From Phyllobates terribilis (Eukaryota): a stretch of DNA of 64,000 nt. Made by a program: the position numbers and the translations under genes. Positions 23,122 to 37,022 of the stretch are shown piece after piece. The stretch covers positions 712,690,001 through 712,754,000 of the forward strand of contig NW_027362761.1 in assembly GCF_046119375.1 (NCBI RefSeq), read 5' to 3'. Each line of letters opens with the position of its first letter. The stretch's first letter is position 1. The notes beneath the pieces were generated by a model. It was not told the DNA's origin and did no database searches. It saw only the letters and a program-made list of their open reading frames with translations.

Positions 23122-24145
23122 TTATGATGCCGACGGTAAAGGACAAGCAGCATTCCATGTTTTTGAGCTGCAACTGAGCATAATTGGCCAGCAAACCCTA
23201 GGCAAAATATTTAATTACTAAATATCGCAGATTTTACAGTGTACGGGTCACTTTAAGGAGTAATTCATTTTTTCTTTCTAAAATAGTGCACTTGTAAAAG
23301 TGAACCTGTCACACGATATCATACTACCCAAAGAACAGGGATAATGAATCACAGCCTGGCTGCGCATTTGCAGCCAGATATATTATTCTCTGACACACGC
23401 AGTAAGATTTCTTTTTTTGTTTGCATTATGTTCTGAAAGTCAGAACTTCATTTTCTCATTTACAGAGTAGTACGGGGGCTTCTTTTTTGTGTAACAAGCA
23501 GTAATTTAATTGGTAGCATTTTTGAATACATGAAACTTTTTAATCACTTTATTTAGCTATTATGAAGCACGATAAACAAAAATGGCAATTTTTCTGGTGT
23601 TCATGGTGTGGAATAATGATCGTGGTATAGTACATGTCATTGTGGATGCAGCAATATCAAAATATGTGACTTTAACAAGTTCAATTTCTTTTTACTTTTT
23701 TTTTTTTTCAGATTAAAATATTAAGGGAGAAAATTGGGATTTTGGGGAGGATGTTTTCACTTTTTTTCTTTTTAAATACATAAAATATTTTTATTCTATT
23801 CAATAGTCCCACAAGGGGACTGACAATCACTCAGGATCATATTAGTAATACACAGCACTGCTTCAGCAGCCCTGTGTATTACACTACAACTGCCAGTATT
23901 TGACTGCCAGTTATCCTATCAGGCCCCGTGTCTGTACTATATAGCAGGCCAGGAGGCCTTTATCAGGTCCCCGGTTGCCATAACAATCCATCGGTGCCCG
24001 AGACCACACTGCAGGAGTGCAGATTTGACGCCGTTCTTAGCAGTAACAGTCTGGCTCCTGCAGCTGATTGCTGAAAGCCATCATTTAGCAACAAGTCACC
24101 TGTGCTCATGTTTGATAAATCCATCATATAGCATTAAGCAGTTAA

Positions 24146-24519
24146 AGGGGTTGTCCGGTCTAAAACGACAATTCTGCAGTTACTTAAATTACTTTATGTG
24201 ACTGCAGACTTGTGGATCCTCACAGCCCATGTACTGCGGGCTGTGAGGATTCTCCAGGGTCAGGGCAGGGAACAGCGAGCAAGTGACCAAAAGTATGCAA
24301 TATGCATACTCCCGGCAGAATCGGACTAGAAACAGTCTACAGATTCTGGTAGAGATTATGCATATTGCATACTTGCGGTCACTTGCCGGCTGTTCCCTGC
24401 CCTGACGATGGACAATCCTCACAGCCCGCAGTAGATGGGCTGTGAGGATCCACAAGTCTGCAGTCTCATAAAGTAATTAAAGTAACAGCAGAATTGTCGT
24501 TTTAAACCGGACAACCCCT
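24146..24519. mobile_element. T2/Kolobok-type palindromic MITE
   Basis: TTAA-AGGGGTTGTCC...GGACAACCCCT-TTAA; inverted symmetry along its whole length. Confidence 0.9.
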
Positions 24520-25206
24520 TTAAGGAACAAAGTGTTGAGATATTGTTTTTAATGTTGTGCACCTTGTCTTTGTATAGTGTTCCTTTAAAAGTACTGAAGA
24601 CCACAGAAATTATAACAAAAAATAATTAAAAAATGCTAAAAGTAGTAGGTACGTCAGATCACCGTAAGTTACATATTGAGAATTGCCAAAATAGATAATT
24701 TTTTTTTCGAGTAAAATAGATCCTGAAATTTTTTCCCCAAATCGGCTCTTACTTTTCAAAAGTATATACATGCTTTATTTCACTTCCTGTACATGATTGG
24801 GCTGCTATGCTATCTGATCTGAATTTAACAGATACACTTTACAGTAGCCTCACAGACATAAACTAGCCCCCCCAAAAAAGACTTATTGAGACACTTGTGG
24901 GACAGTGTCTAGGGTAAGCTCTATGACCAGTGAAAAAGTCACTAAGGAGTAACTGTCATTTCCCCCCCAGCTTTTTAAAAAAGCGTTACCCTTCATTGTA
25001 GTTCAACCCAATTTGATGTGAAGTACAGTTTTGACTGAAGAAAACCCAAAACTTTATTTACAATTACTTGTCCAATACAAACAAATCATCGACAAAAAGC
25101 ATCAACTATTGTGAGGGGTCAGTAGCCAGTGATAGCCCAGTAGGTTCATGGGACCTATAACTGGAAAAAAAGATACCCAAATTATTATGGTTGACATACA
25201 GATTAA

Positions 25207-27935
25207 TCCATTCATGACCGGAGCATTTTCTGTTTTTGCGCTTTCGTTTTTTGCTCCCCTTGTTCCCAGAGCCATGACTTTTTTATTTTTTGGTCAATAT
25301 GGCCGTGTGAGGGCTTGTTTTTTGCGGGACGAGTTGTACTTTTGAACGACATCACTGGTTTTACCATATCGCATACTGGAAAACGGGAAAAAAATTCAAA
25401 ATGCGGTGAAACTGCAAAAAAATGGGCAATTCCACAGTTGTTTTTTTTACCACGTTCACTGAATACTAAAACTGACCTGCCATTATTATTCTCCAGGTCA
25501 CTATCAGTTCGTAGACAAACATGTATAGGTTCTTTTTTATTTAAGTGGCGAAAAAAAATCCAAAGTTACCACACAAAAAAAAAAAAAAAGGCGCCATTTT
25601 CCAAGACCCGTAGCGTCTCCATTTTTTGGGATCAGGGGTTGGGTGATGGCTTTTTTTTTGCGCCCAGATATGATGATGTTTTTATTGATACCATTTTGGG
25701 GTAGATAAAATGTTTTGATCGCCCGTTGCAATGTTTCAGAGACCAAAAAAAAAAAAACGTAATTCTGTTGTTTAGAATTTACTCTCGTGACACCGTTTAC
25801 CGATTAGATTAATTCTTTTTTTATATATTGATAGATCGGGCTATTCTGAACGCGGCGATACCAAATATGTGTGTTTTTATTATATATATATATATATATA
25901 TGTATGTATATAAACACATATATATACACTGTGTTCCAAATTATTATGCAAATAATATTTTCTCAGATTTTCCCAAATTACCTATATGAATTGCAGTCAT
26001 TGTAATTTTCCAGTCAAATAACTATTAGAGTACAATTGAAAGGTTTTTGTACAAACTGCCTATGATAACAGTATATTTTTTAAAAAAATTAAAAACTCAA
26101 ACTGCACTCAAAATGCATGTTCCAAATTATTAAGCACAGCAGAGTTTTCAACCTTTTCATTTTAATAAAGAACAAAAAAATGGTCATTTTTGAAATTATA
26201 AGCATTAGCAGGTTATTACAAACTGAAATCAAACAGTTTTCAACTCAAAACTTTATTCTAGGTGATGTAACATTTGCACATAGGACCGCTTGTTCGAAAG
26301 GAGCTTCTGAACTCTCTCGTCCATTGAATTTGTCAGGTTTTGGATTGTTTCTGCTTTAATTGTTTTGCATGAGGACAGAACACCCTCCCAGAGCAGTTGC
26401 TTAGATGTGAACTGCCTCCCGCCATCATAGACACTCCTTTTGATGATGCTCCAGAGGTTCTCAATGGGGTTGAGGTCAGGGGAGCATGGGGGTCACACCT
26501 TAAGTTTGTCCCCTTTTATGCCCATAGCAGCCAGAGATGCAGATGTGTTATGTGCAGCATGAGACGGGGCATTATCATGCATGAAATGATCTCGATGGTC
26601 CAGATGGATGGAGTGGAGGATGGCTGGTTGATGGACACCCCATGCAAACACGGCTATGGCACTAACAAGGAGGAGGTGGAGTAATGTTTTGGGCTGGAAT
26701 CATGGGGAGAGAGATTGTCGGCCATTTTAGGATCCCTGAAAGGGTAAAGATGAACTCCATAATGTATGTTGAGTTTCTCAAACAGCACTTCCTTCCATGG
26801 TTCAAGAAGAAGAACCGTGCATTCCGCAGCAAGATCATTTTCATGCATGATAATAATTTGGAACACAGTGTACACACACACACACACACATATAATTTTT
26901 TTTTTTTTTTTGCTTGCTTAACCCCTTTACCCCCGAGGGTGGTTTGACCGGGCCAATTTTTACAATTCTGACCACTGTCACTTTATGAGGTAATAACTCT
27001 GGAATGCTTCAATGGATCCCACTGATTCTGAGAATGTTTTTTCGTGACATATTTTACTTCATGATTGTGGTAAAATTTCTTCGATATCACTTGCGTTTAT
27101 TTGTGAAAAAAAATTTTTTTAAATTTTTTTTACCACGTTTACGGAATGCTAAAACTGACCTGCCATTATTATTCTCCAGGTCATTACGAGTTTGTAGACA
27201 CCAAACATGTATAGGTTCTTTTTCATTTAAGTGGTGAAAAAAAATTCCAAAGTTTGCTATAAAAAAAAAAAAAAAAAGAAAAAAAATTGCGTTATTTTTC
27301 AAGACCTGTATCGTCTCCATTTTTCGTGATCTGCAGCTGGGTGAGGGCTTATATTTTGTGTGCCGAGCTGAAGTTTTTATTGATACCATTTTGGGGTAGA
27401 TCTGATGTTTTGAACGCCCGTTATTGCATTTTATTGCAATGCAGCGGCAACAAAAAACGTAATTCTGGCGTTTAGAGTTTTTTTCTTGTTACGTCGTTTA
27501 CCGATCGGATTAATTCTTTTCTTATATTGATAGATTCTGAATGCGGCAATACCAAATATGTGTGTTTTTTTATTATTTTATTTTGAATGGGGCGAAAGGG
27601 GGGTGATTTAAACTTTTATATTGTTTTAAATTTTTTTATATTTTTAAAAACATTTTTTTTTCACTTTTTGCTTGCTTCTATAGAAGCAGACTAGAAGCAG
27701 CACTTGTCTGATCGCCTCTGCTATAGCAGATCACCTCTATGTAGCAGAAATGCTCCTGTGCTTTGAGCGTCGACCACTAGGAGGCGCTCATAGCGATCAG
27801 CTCATGACAACCACTGGAGTCTGCTGCAGACCCAGGGTTGTCATGCCCACGCATCGGTCACCTGCGATCACGTGACGGGGTCAACGATGGGCGGGGTAAG
27901 TGAAACGCTTCCGGCGCGACGATGTTAAATGCTGC
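25207..27935. mobile_element. Composite piggyBac-type non-autonomous region (reverse orientation) with nested Tc1 derivative
   Basis: Reverse complement of the 8943-10219 family; a second TTAA-cccctt start near 26918 matches 46500-46710 reversed. Confidence 0.65.
25927..26870. mobile_element. Internally deleted and inverted derivative of the DD37E Tc1 element
   Basis: Both TIRs and TA TSDs present, inside a TA/CA microsatellite; 25927-26590 colinear with 5214-5853; ~26591-26850 inverted. Confidence 0.9.
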
Positions 27936-28335
27936 TTTTAATTGCAGTAAGATCTTACTTTCCCACACATAAGCAGATGTCTCTTAGAGAGGTATTCACA
28001 TTGGTAGGGTCCTGACATCGAGAAACGCCTTATCGTGGCTGTCAAGTACACATGAATTGGCCAATTTATGCGCTAAGATTTCTCATTTATTTCTATATTC
28101 CACATCAGTAATGCTATTCATATTTCATACTTCATATTTACATACCCAAAAATTTCTCATTCATCTCTATTTTCCACAGCAGTAATGCTATTCATATTTC
28201 ATACTTCATAATTATATACTAAGCGCTACAGAGTGCTACTTTGTTTGTTAATTGTCTATGGAGGTAGCTCCTCCTAGTAAGCACCTGTTCACACCTATTT
28301 CTTGTATTGGAAGTGCCGTCAGTTTTTTCTGTTTC

Positions 28336-31220
28336 AACCAGTAATGACTGTCACCCAAAGTTTTGAGAAAGCGAGGGTCACGGGAAAGGCAGCGTAACAT
28401 AAACTCAGCCATGAGCATCAGGCTGCTAACAGGTAAGACTTCCGTGTCCTCACCAAGAGGACGACTGACCGTGCTCTCCTCCTCCTACCTGTCAACAGGT
28501 CATCCACGCTGAACAGACGGTATAACAGTTGTGCAGGTAGTAAAGTCTATAGCTCATGAAACTAGCTCCTGTCCTTCCTCCTCCTCCTCCTCTTCCTCAT
28601 TGTCACCCAATCCACGTTGGGATGAGGTGAGGCTGGGCTGTGTGTAATCACCCTGTATGGTTCCTTGCTCCATCTCATCGTGCTCCGCCTGCAATGAATC
28701 CTCTTTTATTGTGAGCAGACAGCGTTTCAGAGGACAGAGAAGCAGGATGGTGACGCTAATTATGGCGTCATCGCCGCTCACCATCTTGGTGGAGTCCTCA
28801 GTTTTGGAGGATGGTACATATGTCTGACATCCATGTCCACTCCTGAGGTCTTATGTGTGGAGTCTGAACTGAATACCGACGGCCTTGTTGATGCTGGTAG
28901 TCAACAACTGCCCTCTATTGCTCACAAATCCCTCCCAACATCTGCAGTGTAGCGTTCCAATGCATTCCTCATACCAGTCGGTGAGTCGGAAGCTGCAAAT
29001 GCTGCTGAAACACGGCAAGGGCGGCGGAAGCTGTAGGTAACTTTCTAAAATGGGCAGACAGGCGGCATACTTTGACAAGCAGATCCGGGTACGTTTTGAG
29101 AAACCGCTGAACCACGAGGTTAAGCACATGGGCCAGGCATGGTACATATGTCAGCTCGCCTCAGTGCCGCCACCAGGTTCCGGCCATTGTCACACGACCA
29201 TGCCTGGCTGTAGGTTCAGCGGTGTCAGCCACAGATCTGCCTGCTCTTTCAGAGCTGTCCACAACTCTTCAGCATTGTGCGGTTTGTCACCTAAGCATAT
29301 TAGCTTCAGCACAGCCTGTTGCCGCTTGGCTGAGGCAGTGTTGCAGTGCTTCCAGCTTGTGACTGATGTGGGACACGTATTGTGGGACATGTGCTTGTGT
29401 AATGCGGGGAAGGTACACTAGGAGAAATAGTGGTGGCTAGGAACCGGGTACCAAGGGACGGCCGCCGCCATCAGTTTGCGGAAAGCTTCCGTCTCCACGA
29501 GCCTAAAAGGCAACATTTCGAGCGAAAGCGGTTGCAAAATGTGTGAATTTAGTAGTGTGGCCTGTGGGGCGTTGGCTGTGTATTTGCGCTTGCGTTTCAA
29601 GGACTGGGGTATGGACAACTGAACGCTGCGCTGGGACAAGAACATGCTTCCTGATGCTGCTAGTTGAGAGTGTGCATCGACAGGTGCAGGACAGGAGGCA
29701 TCTTCGAATGCACTATGGACAGGGGATTGTCTTGCACGAACAACAGTGGAAGAAGCAGTGGTGTCACCCGCAGACACTGTTCCTGGACCCTGGGGTCCGG
29801 CCCACAAAGTCGGGGGCTTTGCTGCCATGTGCCTGATCATGCTGGTGGTGGTCAGGCTGGAAGTTTTGCTACCTCTGCTGATGCTGGCCTGGCTGGTGGT
29901 GCAAATGGCCTTTTTGGGGTTATCGGCACAGTCTTTAAAAAACAACCAGACTCGGGAAGACCTAACAGTTGTACTGGCAACTTCCTTCGTGTTGGTGTTA
30001 CGGGGAAAGGTTGTCCGCCTTCTGCCTGCGGCCACCACACTTCTTCTTCCTGCCTGTTGGGGTGCTCTGCCTCTCTCCCCCTATGTGCTGCTGTCCTCGC
30101 TCTCCATGTCCTCCTACCAGGTTCGGTCAGTTACTATATCATCCACCCCCTCGTCTTCCAATTCCGCACCCTGGTCCTCCTCCTGACTTTCTGGCAATTG
30201 TGTCTCATCATCGTCCACCTCTTGTGACACTTTCCCACCGTTGCCTTCGTATGACCGTGGCTGCTCAAATATTTTGGCATCACTACATGCGATCTCCTCT
30301 TGCCCCGCTTCAAGTGGACCGGGCGAGAGGCCCGAATCTTTCAATGGAAAAGTGAACAGCTCTTCGGAGTGTCCAAGTGTGGGATCAGTTGTTTCCGGGC
30401 ACTTGGCATGGTGGGAGGAAGGAGGATCAGGGTGAGGAATATGCGGTCCAGACTCACGGCTGCTGAGACTTGAACGTGTGGAAGACAGGGTGGTGGTGGT
30501 GGCAAAGTGACTGGAAGCATTATCCGCTATCCAACCAACAACCTTTTGACACTGCTCTGGTTTCAATAGTGGTGTGCTGCGGTCCCCTAGTAATTGGGAC
30601 AGGAAGGTCGGGAGAGAAGATGTGGGTGTTTGTTGTGGCACAATTTCAGCTTGCCCACGGCCTCGGTCTCTGCATGCACCATCACCATCACGTCCAGTTC
30701 TCCGTCTCTTGCCACGCGCCTTGCCAATTTTAAATGGAGGAAAATATCTTCCACGCTCACTACAAATGGCTGAATTTGGATCGAACATATATGTGATCTG
30801 TGTGACGGACAAACCACAGTTTTAAATAGCTGGCCTGTAGGTAACTATTTTTAACAGCAAACTGGTGTCAATAACTTCACTGATACACTGAAACTAAATT
30901 TTAATGGAGGCCAGAAATGGCAGAATTTCCAGTGAACTTATATGTGATCCGTGTGACGGACAAACAACAGTTTTAAATAGCTGGCCTGTAGGTAACTATT
31001 TTTAACAGCAAACTGGTGTCAATATTTTCACTGACACACTGAAACAAAATTTTAATGGAGGCCAAAAATGGCAGAATTTCTAAAGAGCGCCAAACATGCA
31101 GGGAGGGGACCCGAGCATCCGCCCCAGCATCTCGGAAGTACTCGACGATCTCCGAGCATCTCGAGTACTGAGATGCTCTGGCGAGTACCGAATACTTGTG
31201 AGTATGCTCGCTCATCACTA
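28336..31220 (-). mobile_element. Truncated hAT transposon with BED-finger transposase pseudogene
   Basis: TIR-like gctcgctcatcacta ending at 31220; VWLFF...C...RH BED finger; MLPFRLVETEAF, VVCDNGRNLVAAL and CLAH-type motifs; internal deletion and 3' truncation. Confidence 0.85.
30764..31080. repeat. ~151-bp tandem duplication in the hAT 5' region
   Basis: aaatggc(t/a)gaattt at 30764, 30915, 31066 with matching intervening sequence. Confidence 0.85.
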
Positions 31221-31804
31221 CTAGTGACGTAATACAAAAAAAAATTGTTACATATATATTTTAAAAAGGTGTTAAAAGTATTGATTTTTTTAATTTACTA
31301 TTAAACATTTGATTAGGATGAGACGGTTTTTAGAAAATCACGCTTTGAAATATGATCCTACAGAGATCCCGACTTGAATCCCTGTACAAATGTAACCAAG
31401 AACAAAATTAACACATATGCATTTTTTTTTTTTTTAAATGTATAACATATTGTTTTCCCAAAATCAACAATAACAATTTAGAATTTGACTCCTCAAAAAT
31501 AAAATATCAACATAGTCTTGTGACACATCAAATTAAAGCCTGTACAATTCTAAATAAAATGGTACATCTCCCATCTCTTTATCTTAATTCTAGCCCGAGA
31601 TATGATAAAACATGTAAAGTCATACAAGCCCAAAATTCAGGCTTTTTCAAAACTTTAGAGATCTATAAAAAAATAACTCATGAAAATAAAAATTCAAAAC
31701 TTATCATTTTTAATTCACTAAAGTAGCACTTCAAAAACACCAAAGAAAATAAATATTTCAGGTAAAATAAATATTCAGATTTGGATTACTTGAAATGGAA
31801 TAAC

Positions 31805-32204
31805 CCTATGATGTGTACAGCAGTCTCAGTGTCTTCTATGTGATGTATACACAGCAGTCTCAGTGTATCCTATGTGATGTACACAGCAGTTTTAGTGTAT
31901 CTTATCTGATGTATATACAGCAGTCTCAGTTTATCCTATGTGATTATATTCAGCCATAGTAGTATCTCCTATGTGAAGTATATACAGCATTCACAGTGTC
32001 TATGTGGTGATTATACTGCAGTCATAATGTCTCCTATGTGATGTATACAGCAATCTCTGTGCATCCTATGTGATGTATGCAGCAGCCTCAGTGAATCCTT
32101 TTTAATTTATACAGCAGTCTCAGTGTGTCCTATGCGATGTATGCAGCTGCCTCTATGCAATTTATACAGCAGACTAAGTGTATCCTATGTGATGTATAAA
32201 GCAG
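31805..32204. repeat. Degenerate ~32-bp minisatellite, ~12 copies
   Basis: Consensus tcctatgtgatgtatacagcagtctcagtgta. Confidence 0.88.
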
Positions 32205-32533
32205 ACCTCCATCTGCTCGAGTTCTATAAACATTACATGAGTAGTGATGAATTTCCAATTTTGAGGAGACTTGCAGTAAAGAAAAGTAGTTCCAGCCATC
32301 ACATTATGGGTGAGTTAATTAAATGTTTGATCAAATATAGGAGGCTAATTTTTAAGTTGATAATTTTGTATGGCCCACGAATGATGTTATATATATCCAA
32401 ATGGCACTTGGCCACAAAACTTTCCCCACCTCTGGCTTGGTAATAAGTAATTGGTATATAATACGCTAATATAATATGTGTCTGATGTTCTGCAATCATA
32501 GGAAGTCATTTAGCAGTCAGTTATAGTTTCTTC

Positions 32534-32886
32534 CAGGGCTGTGGAGTCGGAGCCATGGAGTCGGAGCCCATTTTGGTGGAGTCGGAGTCTGTATAAAATA
32601 TACCGACTCCGACTCCTAAAATATATAATAAATTGGGTACAGTAGTTCAATGCAGTTTGTGGGGAATATTTTTCCATAAGAATTTGGGAAAGTTATGAAA
32701 TGTTCTATAAATGTCTGTCCTATTCCTGATCTAAGGGTCTAGACCTTTAGCTGAGATTAATCTGTGCTACAGTAAATTTATCACTTAAACATGAGCCATG
32801 TATGAGGGAGTCGAAGTCGTGGATTCGGTGTCATGGAAATTGAGGAGTCAGAGTCGGAGGTTTGGCTTACCGACTCCACAGCCCTG
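32534..32886. mobile_element. hAT MITE, 353 bp
   Basis: TIR CAGGGCTGTGGAGTCGG; perfect 8-bp TSD GTTTCTTC; GGAGTC subterminal repeats. Confidence 0.93.
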
Positions 32887-33187
32887 GTTTCTTCTCCTGT
32901 ATAACATCTGATGTTTTATAGTTATAGTTTATCACATAACAGTCACATATTATGTGGTATGCTACAGACATCAGATAATATATATAAGATAATATGTGAT
33001 TAGTATATCATATAGTGACCTGTTTACACATGCATTAATGACTAGCCAGCCTGCTGGTAGTTTATTTTTATGTATTCTTTTTTTTATTATCCTGCATAGT
33101 CTTTTAAATCAAGTGTCATCTGTATCAGTATCAGGTGTGCGGCCATAATAGGGTCTTTGCAGTGGCACGACACTGTTTGGAGGATAG

Positions 33188-34255
33188 GGTATGTTCGCAC
33201 GTTCAGGATTTGATTGCAGAAATTTCAGCAAGGTTTCAGCATCTCTTGGCAGGAAAAACGCTGCGGCAAAAAAGGGCGTTTTGCCTTGATTTTGGTGCAT
33301 TTTTTTATGCATTTTTTTAAGCTTTTTGGAGCTACATAAAGATATTTAAAAAAAGAAAAGTGGGACATTGCTTTAACCCTTGCTTGGACTAGTCAGGCTT
33401 GGGGTGAATCTATTGGTTAATTTAAATTAAATTTTGATTAAAGAATGTGTCTGCTTTATTTTAAATAAAGTGTTTTACTCTCAGTGTGTGTGTTTATTTA
33501 ATTCTTACTTACAGTTTACAGATTTAGTAATGAAGGTGTCTGGTTGACACATCTTCATCACTAAACAAAGGGCTAGGTGTCAGCGACACCTAATCCCATA
33601 AACACTAATCCCATTAGCCCTAATTCCCATTCATGTAATTTCTGGGGCAGCTGAGAACTGCTACTTTTAGCCTAGGAAGGGTTCCCTGGCTATTAATAAC
33701 AGCTCACAGCTGTTTGGTTAGCCGATACGTCCCCAAGATTTTTGCTGTGTCCAAAAAGCTGTGTTCTAATGCCGCACTTGTTTTGTCAGTACATGCGGAT
33801 CCACCACATGTAATGATATTTCAATCGGTCAAAATCTGCAGCAGAAATTGACATGCTGCGGATGAGTTTGGTTACGTTCCCATGATCAGGAAATGCTGCG
33901 TGGTTGACGCTGCATGATCATGCAGTGTCAAACCTGCAGCGACCAGATGTTACAGCATAGTGGATGGTATTTCTAGAAATCCCATGTCCACTATGCGTGC
34001 ATATGAGGCTGCAGATCACCAGCGGACACTGACATGCAGTGTGTCTTTCAGGACCACAGCATGTCAAATTCACTTGCGGATTCCTAGTCTCCGTAACAGA
34101 AATTTGACCACTATAATGTATTGAATGCGGTAAATCCGCATTGTTCAGTGAACACATGTGGATTTATCTGCATTCAATAGAACACAGCGTTTTGGACGCA
34201 GCAAAAATATTTTGTATCAAAAGCGCTGCTCCGTCCGGATCGTGGGCACGTAGCC
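33188..34255. mobile_element. Harbinger-type non-autonomous element (degenerate)
   Basis: gggtatgttcgcacg / cgtgggcacgtagcc imperfect TIRs, flanked by tag and taa. Confidence 0.5.
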
Positions 34256-34963
34256 TAAAATAAAATAAAAAATGGTGTGGGCTCCCGGGTCATTTTCATA
34301 ACCAGCAGAAGGAAAGCCAACCACTGGGGGCTGATATTACTAGCCGGGGAAGGGGCCATTAGCCAAAAATGTTTCTTGGCTATTAATAGCAGCCCACATC
34401 TGTTTGCTTAGCATTTACTGGCGAAATTACAGGGGGAAAATTCTCACGCAACACCGATGCAGTGAGGGCACCGGAGCTCTCAGCTGATGAACTCCAGTGA
34501 CCTCCGCCCCTGAAGCTCAGTGCTATACACTGCCGCGAGCGATCACGCTCCTATCAATGTATAGAGTGCTGCCGGGTGATCGGGGTACGGTGGACAGGTG
34601 AATATAAGGTGTTTATTATTTTATTATTGATTGATTTTTACTTTTTTTTTTCCACACTGAGCACAGACGCCAGCTGAGGAGACTACTTCTCCCCTCAGCC
34701 GCGCCTGCTCCTGCTATTGTCAGCGGAAGCGGCCGTAAGATGATGGGAGGAGTAGTCTCCCGCGGGCAATTCTTTGTGCGTTTTTGACTCATTAACTTGA
34801 ATTGAGTCAGTCAAATACACAGCAAACATACACAGCAAATCCGCAAATATTTTTATACCTGCATTTTTGCTGTGGATTTGACTGACTCAATTGAAGTCAA
34901 TGGGTGAAAGACACGGCATAAACGCACAAAAAAATGGCATGCTGCAGATTTATACGTAGTGAC

Positions 34964-35241
34964 TAGGGTTGAGCGAGTATGTTCTGTCCGAGTATTTATA
35001 GCTGCTCGGTGATAAGGTTAAATCGCTCCCGTGTGCATGATTTGCAACTGTTTGACAGCTTTATTACATGGGAGGAATGTGTAAGAAATAGACATTCCTC
35101 ACATGTAATAAAACTGTCAAACAGTTGCAAATCATGCACACGGGAGCGAGTCAAACACATCACCGAGCAGCTATAAATACTCGAAGCTCGGCCCGAGCAT
35201 ACTCGGCGAAAGGGTTAATAGAACATACTCACTCAACACTA
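34964..35241. mobile_element. hAT MITE, 278 bp, palindromic
   Basis: TAGGGTTGAGCGAGTATGTTC / GAACATACTCACTCAACACTA; TSD GTAGTGAC/GTAATGAC (1 mismatch). Confidence 0.88.
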
Positions 35242-35651
35242 GTAATGACAATCCTGACAGGAAAATTCATGATCATTTGCCCAGCACTTCAGGATTGTCA
35301 TTGCATTAGCTGGCACACGGATTACCTAGCATTTTCGGCCCATTTCCGCGCAGCGAAAAAGCACCAAAAATGTACTGTGGCCACATAGCCTTACTCTTTA
35401 CAGGACAGGTGCTCTGACAAGGCATAGAAACATTAGGGAAATATTAGGGCATTTTAATAGGGTTTGTGTTTGCTTCTTGAACTTTGCTGTTGCCATTTTG
35501 GGCCTTTTATATTTTTGGGCCTTTTTCAAGTAAAACTAGAAGATGGTCTCCAGCTGTGACGAATGAGACGGTGTTGGTTCGGGTTTTGGGAGGAGGAGTG
35601 GCAAATTTGCTTTATTCATTTACATACAATGTGCGCAGAATTATTAGTTAA

Positions 35652-36810
35652 CCACTTTACAGCCTGTGCCGTATATGTACGCACAAGGCTGTAACCCCCG
35701 GTTCAGTGAGGGCTCCAGCGCTGAGCCCGCACTGAATCGGGTACATGTCCGCTGATTATTACAGCTGACGTGCCCGCAACAGCCGCGGGTGTAATCGCGA
35801 TCCACCCGCGGCTGTCAACATGTTAAATGCCGCTGTCAATCTCTGACAGCGGCATTTAACAGCGCCGCGCCGGAAGCGCGTCACTTACCCCGCCCATCGG
35901 TGACCCCGTCACGTGATCGCGGGTCACTGATGGGTGGTCATGACAACCCTGGGTCTGCAGCAGACTCCAGTGGTTGTCATGAGCTGATCGCTATGAGCGC
36001 CTCCTATGGAGACTATAGAAGCAAGCAAAAAGTGAAAAAAAAATGGTTTTAAAAATATTAAAAAAAAATAAAAAAAATATAAAAGTTTAAATCACCCCCT
36101 TTCGCCCCATTCAAAATAAAATAATTTAAAAAAAAAAACACATACACATATTTGGTATCGCCGCGTTCAGAATCGCCCGATCTATCAATATAAAAAAAGA
36201 ATTAATCCGATCGGTAAACGGTGCAATGAGAAAAAAATTCTAAACGCCAGAATTATGGTTTTGGTCGCCGCAAAATTGCAAAAACGGACGATCAAAACAT
36301 CGAATCTACCCCAAAATGGTATCAATAAAAACTTCAGCTCGGCGCGCAAAAAATAAGCCCTCACCCAGCCCCAGATCTCGAAAAATCGAGATGCTACGGG
36401 TCTTGGAAAATGGCGCCATTTATTTTTTTTTTACCAAACTTTGGAATTTTTTTTCACCACTTAAATAAAAAAGAACCTATACATGTTTGATGTCTACGAC
36501 CTAGTAATGACCTGGGGAATAATAATGGCAGGTCAGTTTTAGCATTCAATGAACGTGGTAAAAAAAATAAAAAACAAAACATGTGGTATTGCACTTTTTT
36601 TGCAATTTCACCTCACTTGGAATTTTTTTCCAGTTTTCCCGTACACGATATGGTAAAACCAGTAATGTCGTTCAAAAGTACAACTCATCCCGCAAAGAAT
36701 AAACAGTAACACGGCTATATTGACCAAAAAATAAAAACGCTATGGCTCTGGGAACAAGGGGAGCAAAAAACGAAAATGCAAAAACGGAAAATCCCAGGAT
36801 TGCGAAAGGG
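35652..36810. mobile_element. piggyBac-type non-autonomous element (same family as 8943-10219)
   Basis: TTAA left, TTGA right; colinear with 8943-10219. Confidence 0.75.
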
Positions 36811-37022
36811 TTGAGTATTTTGACCATATCATCATTTTTATGCACATTTTCCATCTCCGAGCAGAATAAACTTGAATGCTTATTGGATTAGCAGATCAGG
36901 TGATGTGTATTTGTGTAATAAGGGAGGGTATGGCCTAAGGATACAACACCCTTTATCAAGGTGTGCAGAATTATTAGGCAGTTTGTTTTCCTCAGGCAAA
37001 ATGCGCCAAAAAAGAGATTTAA

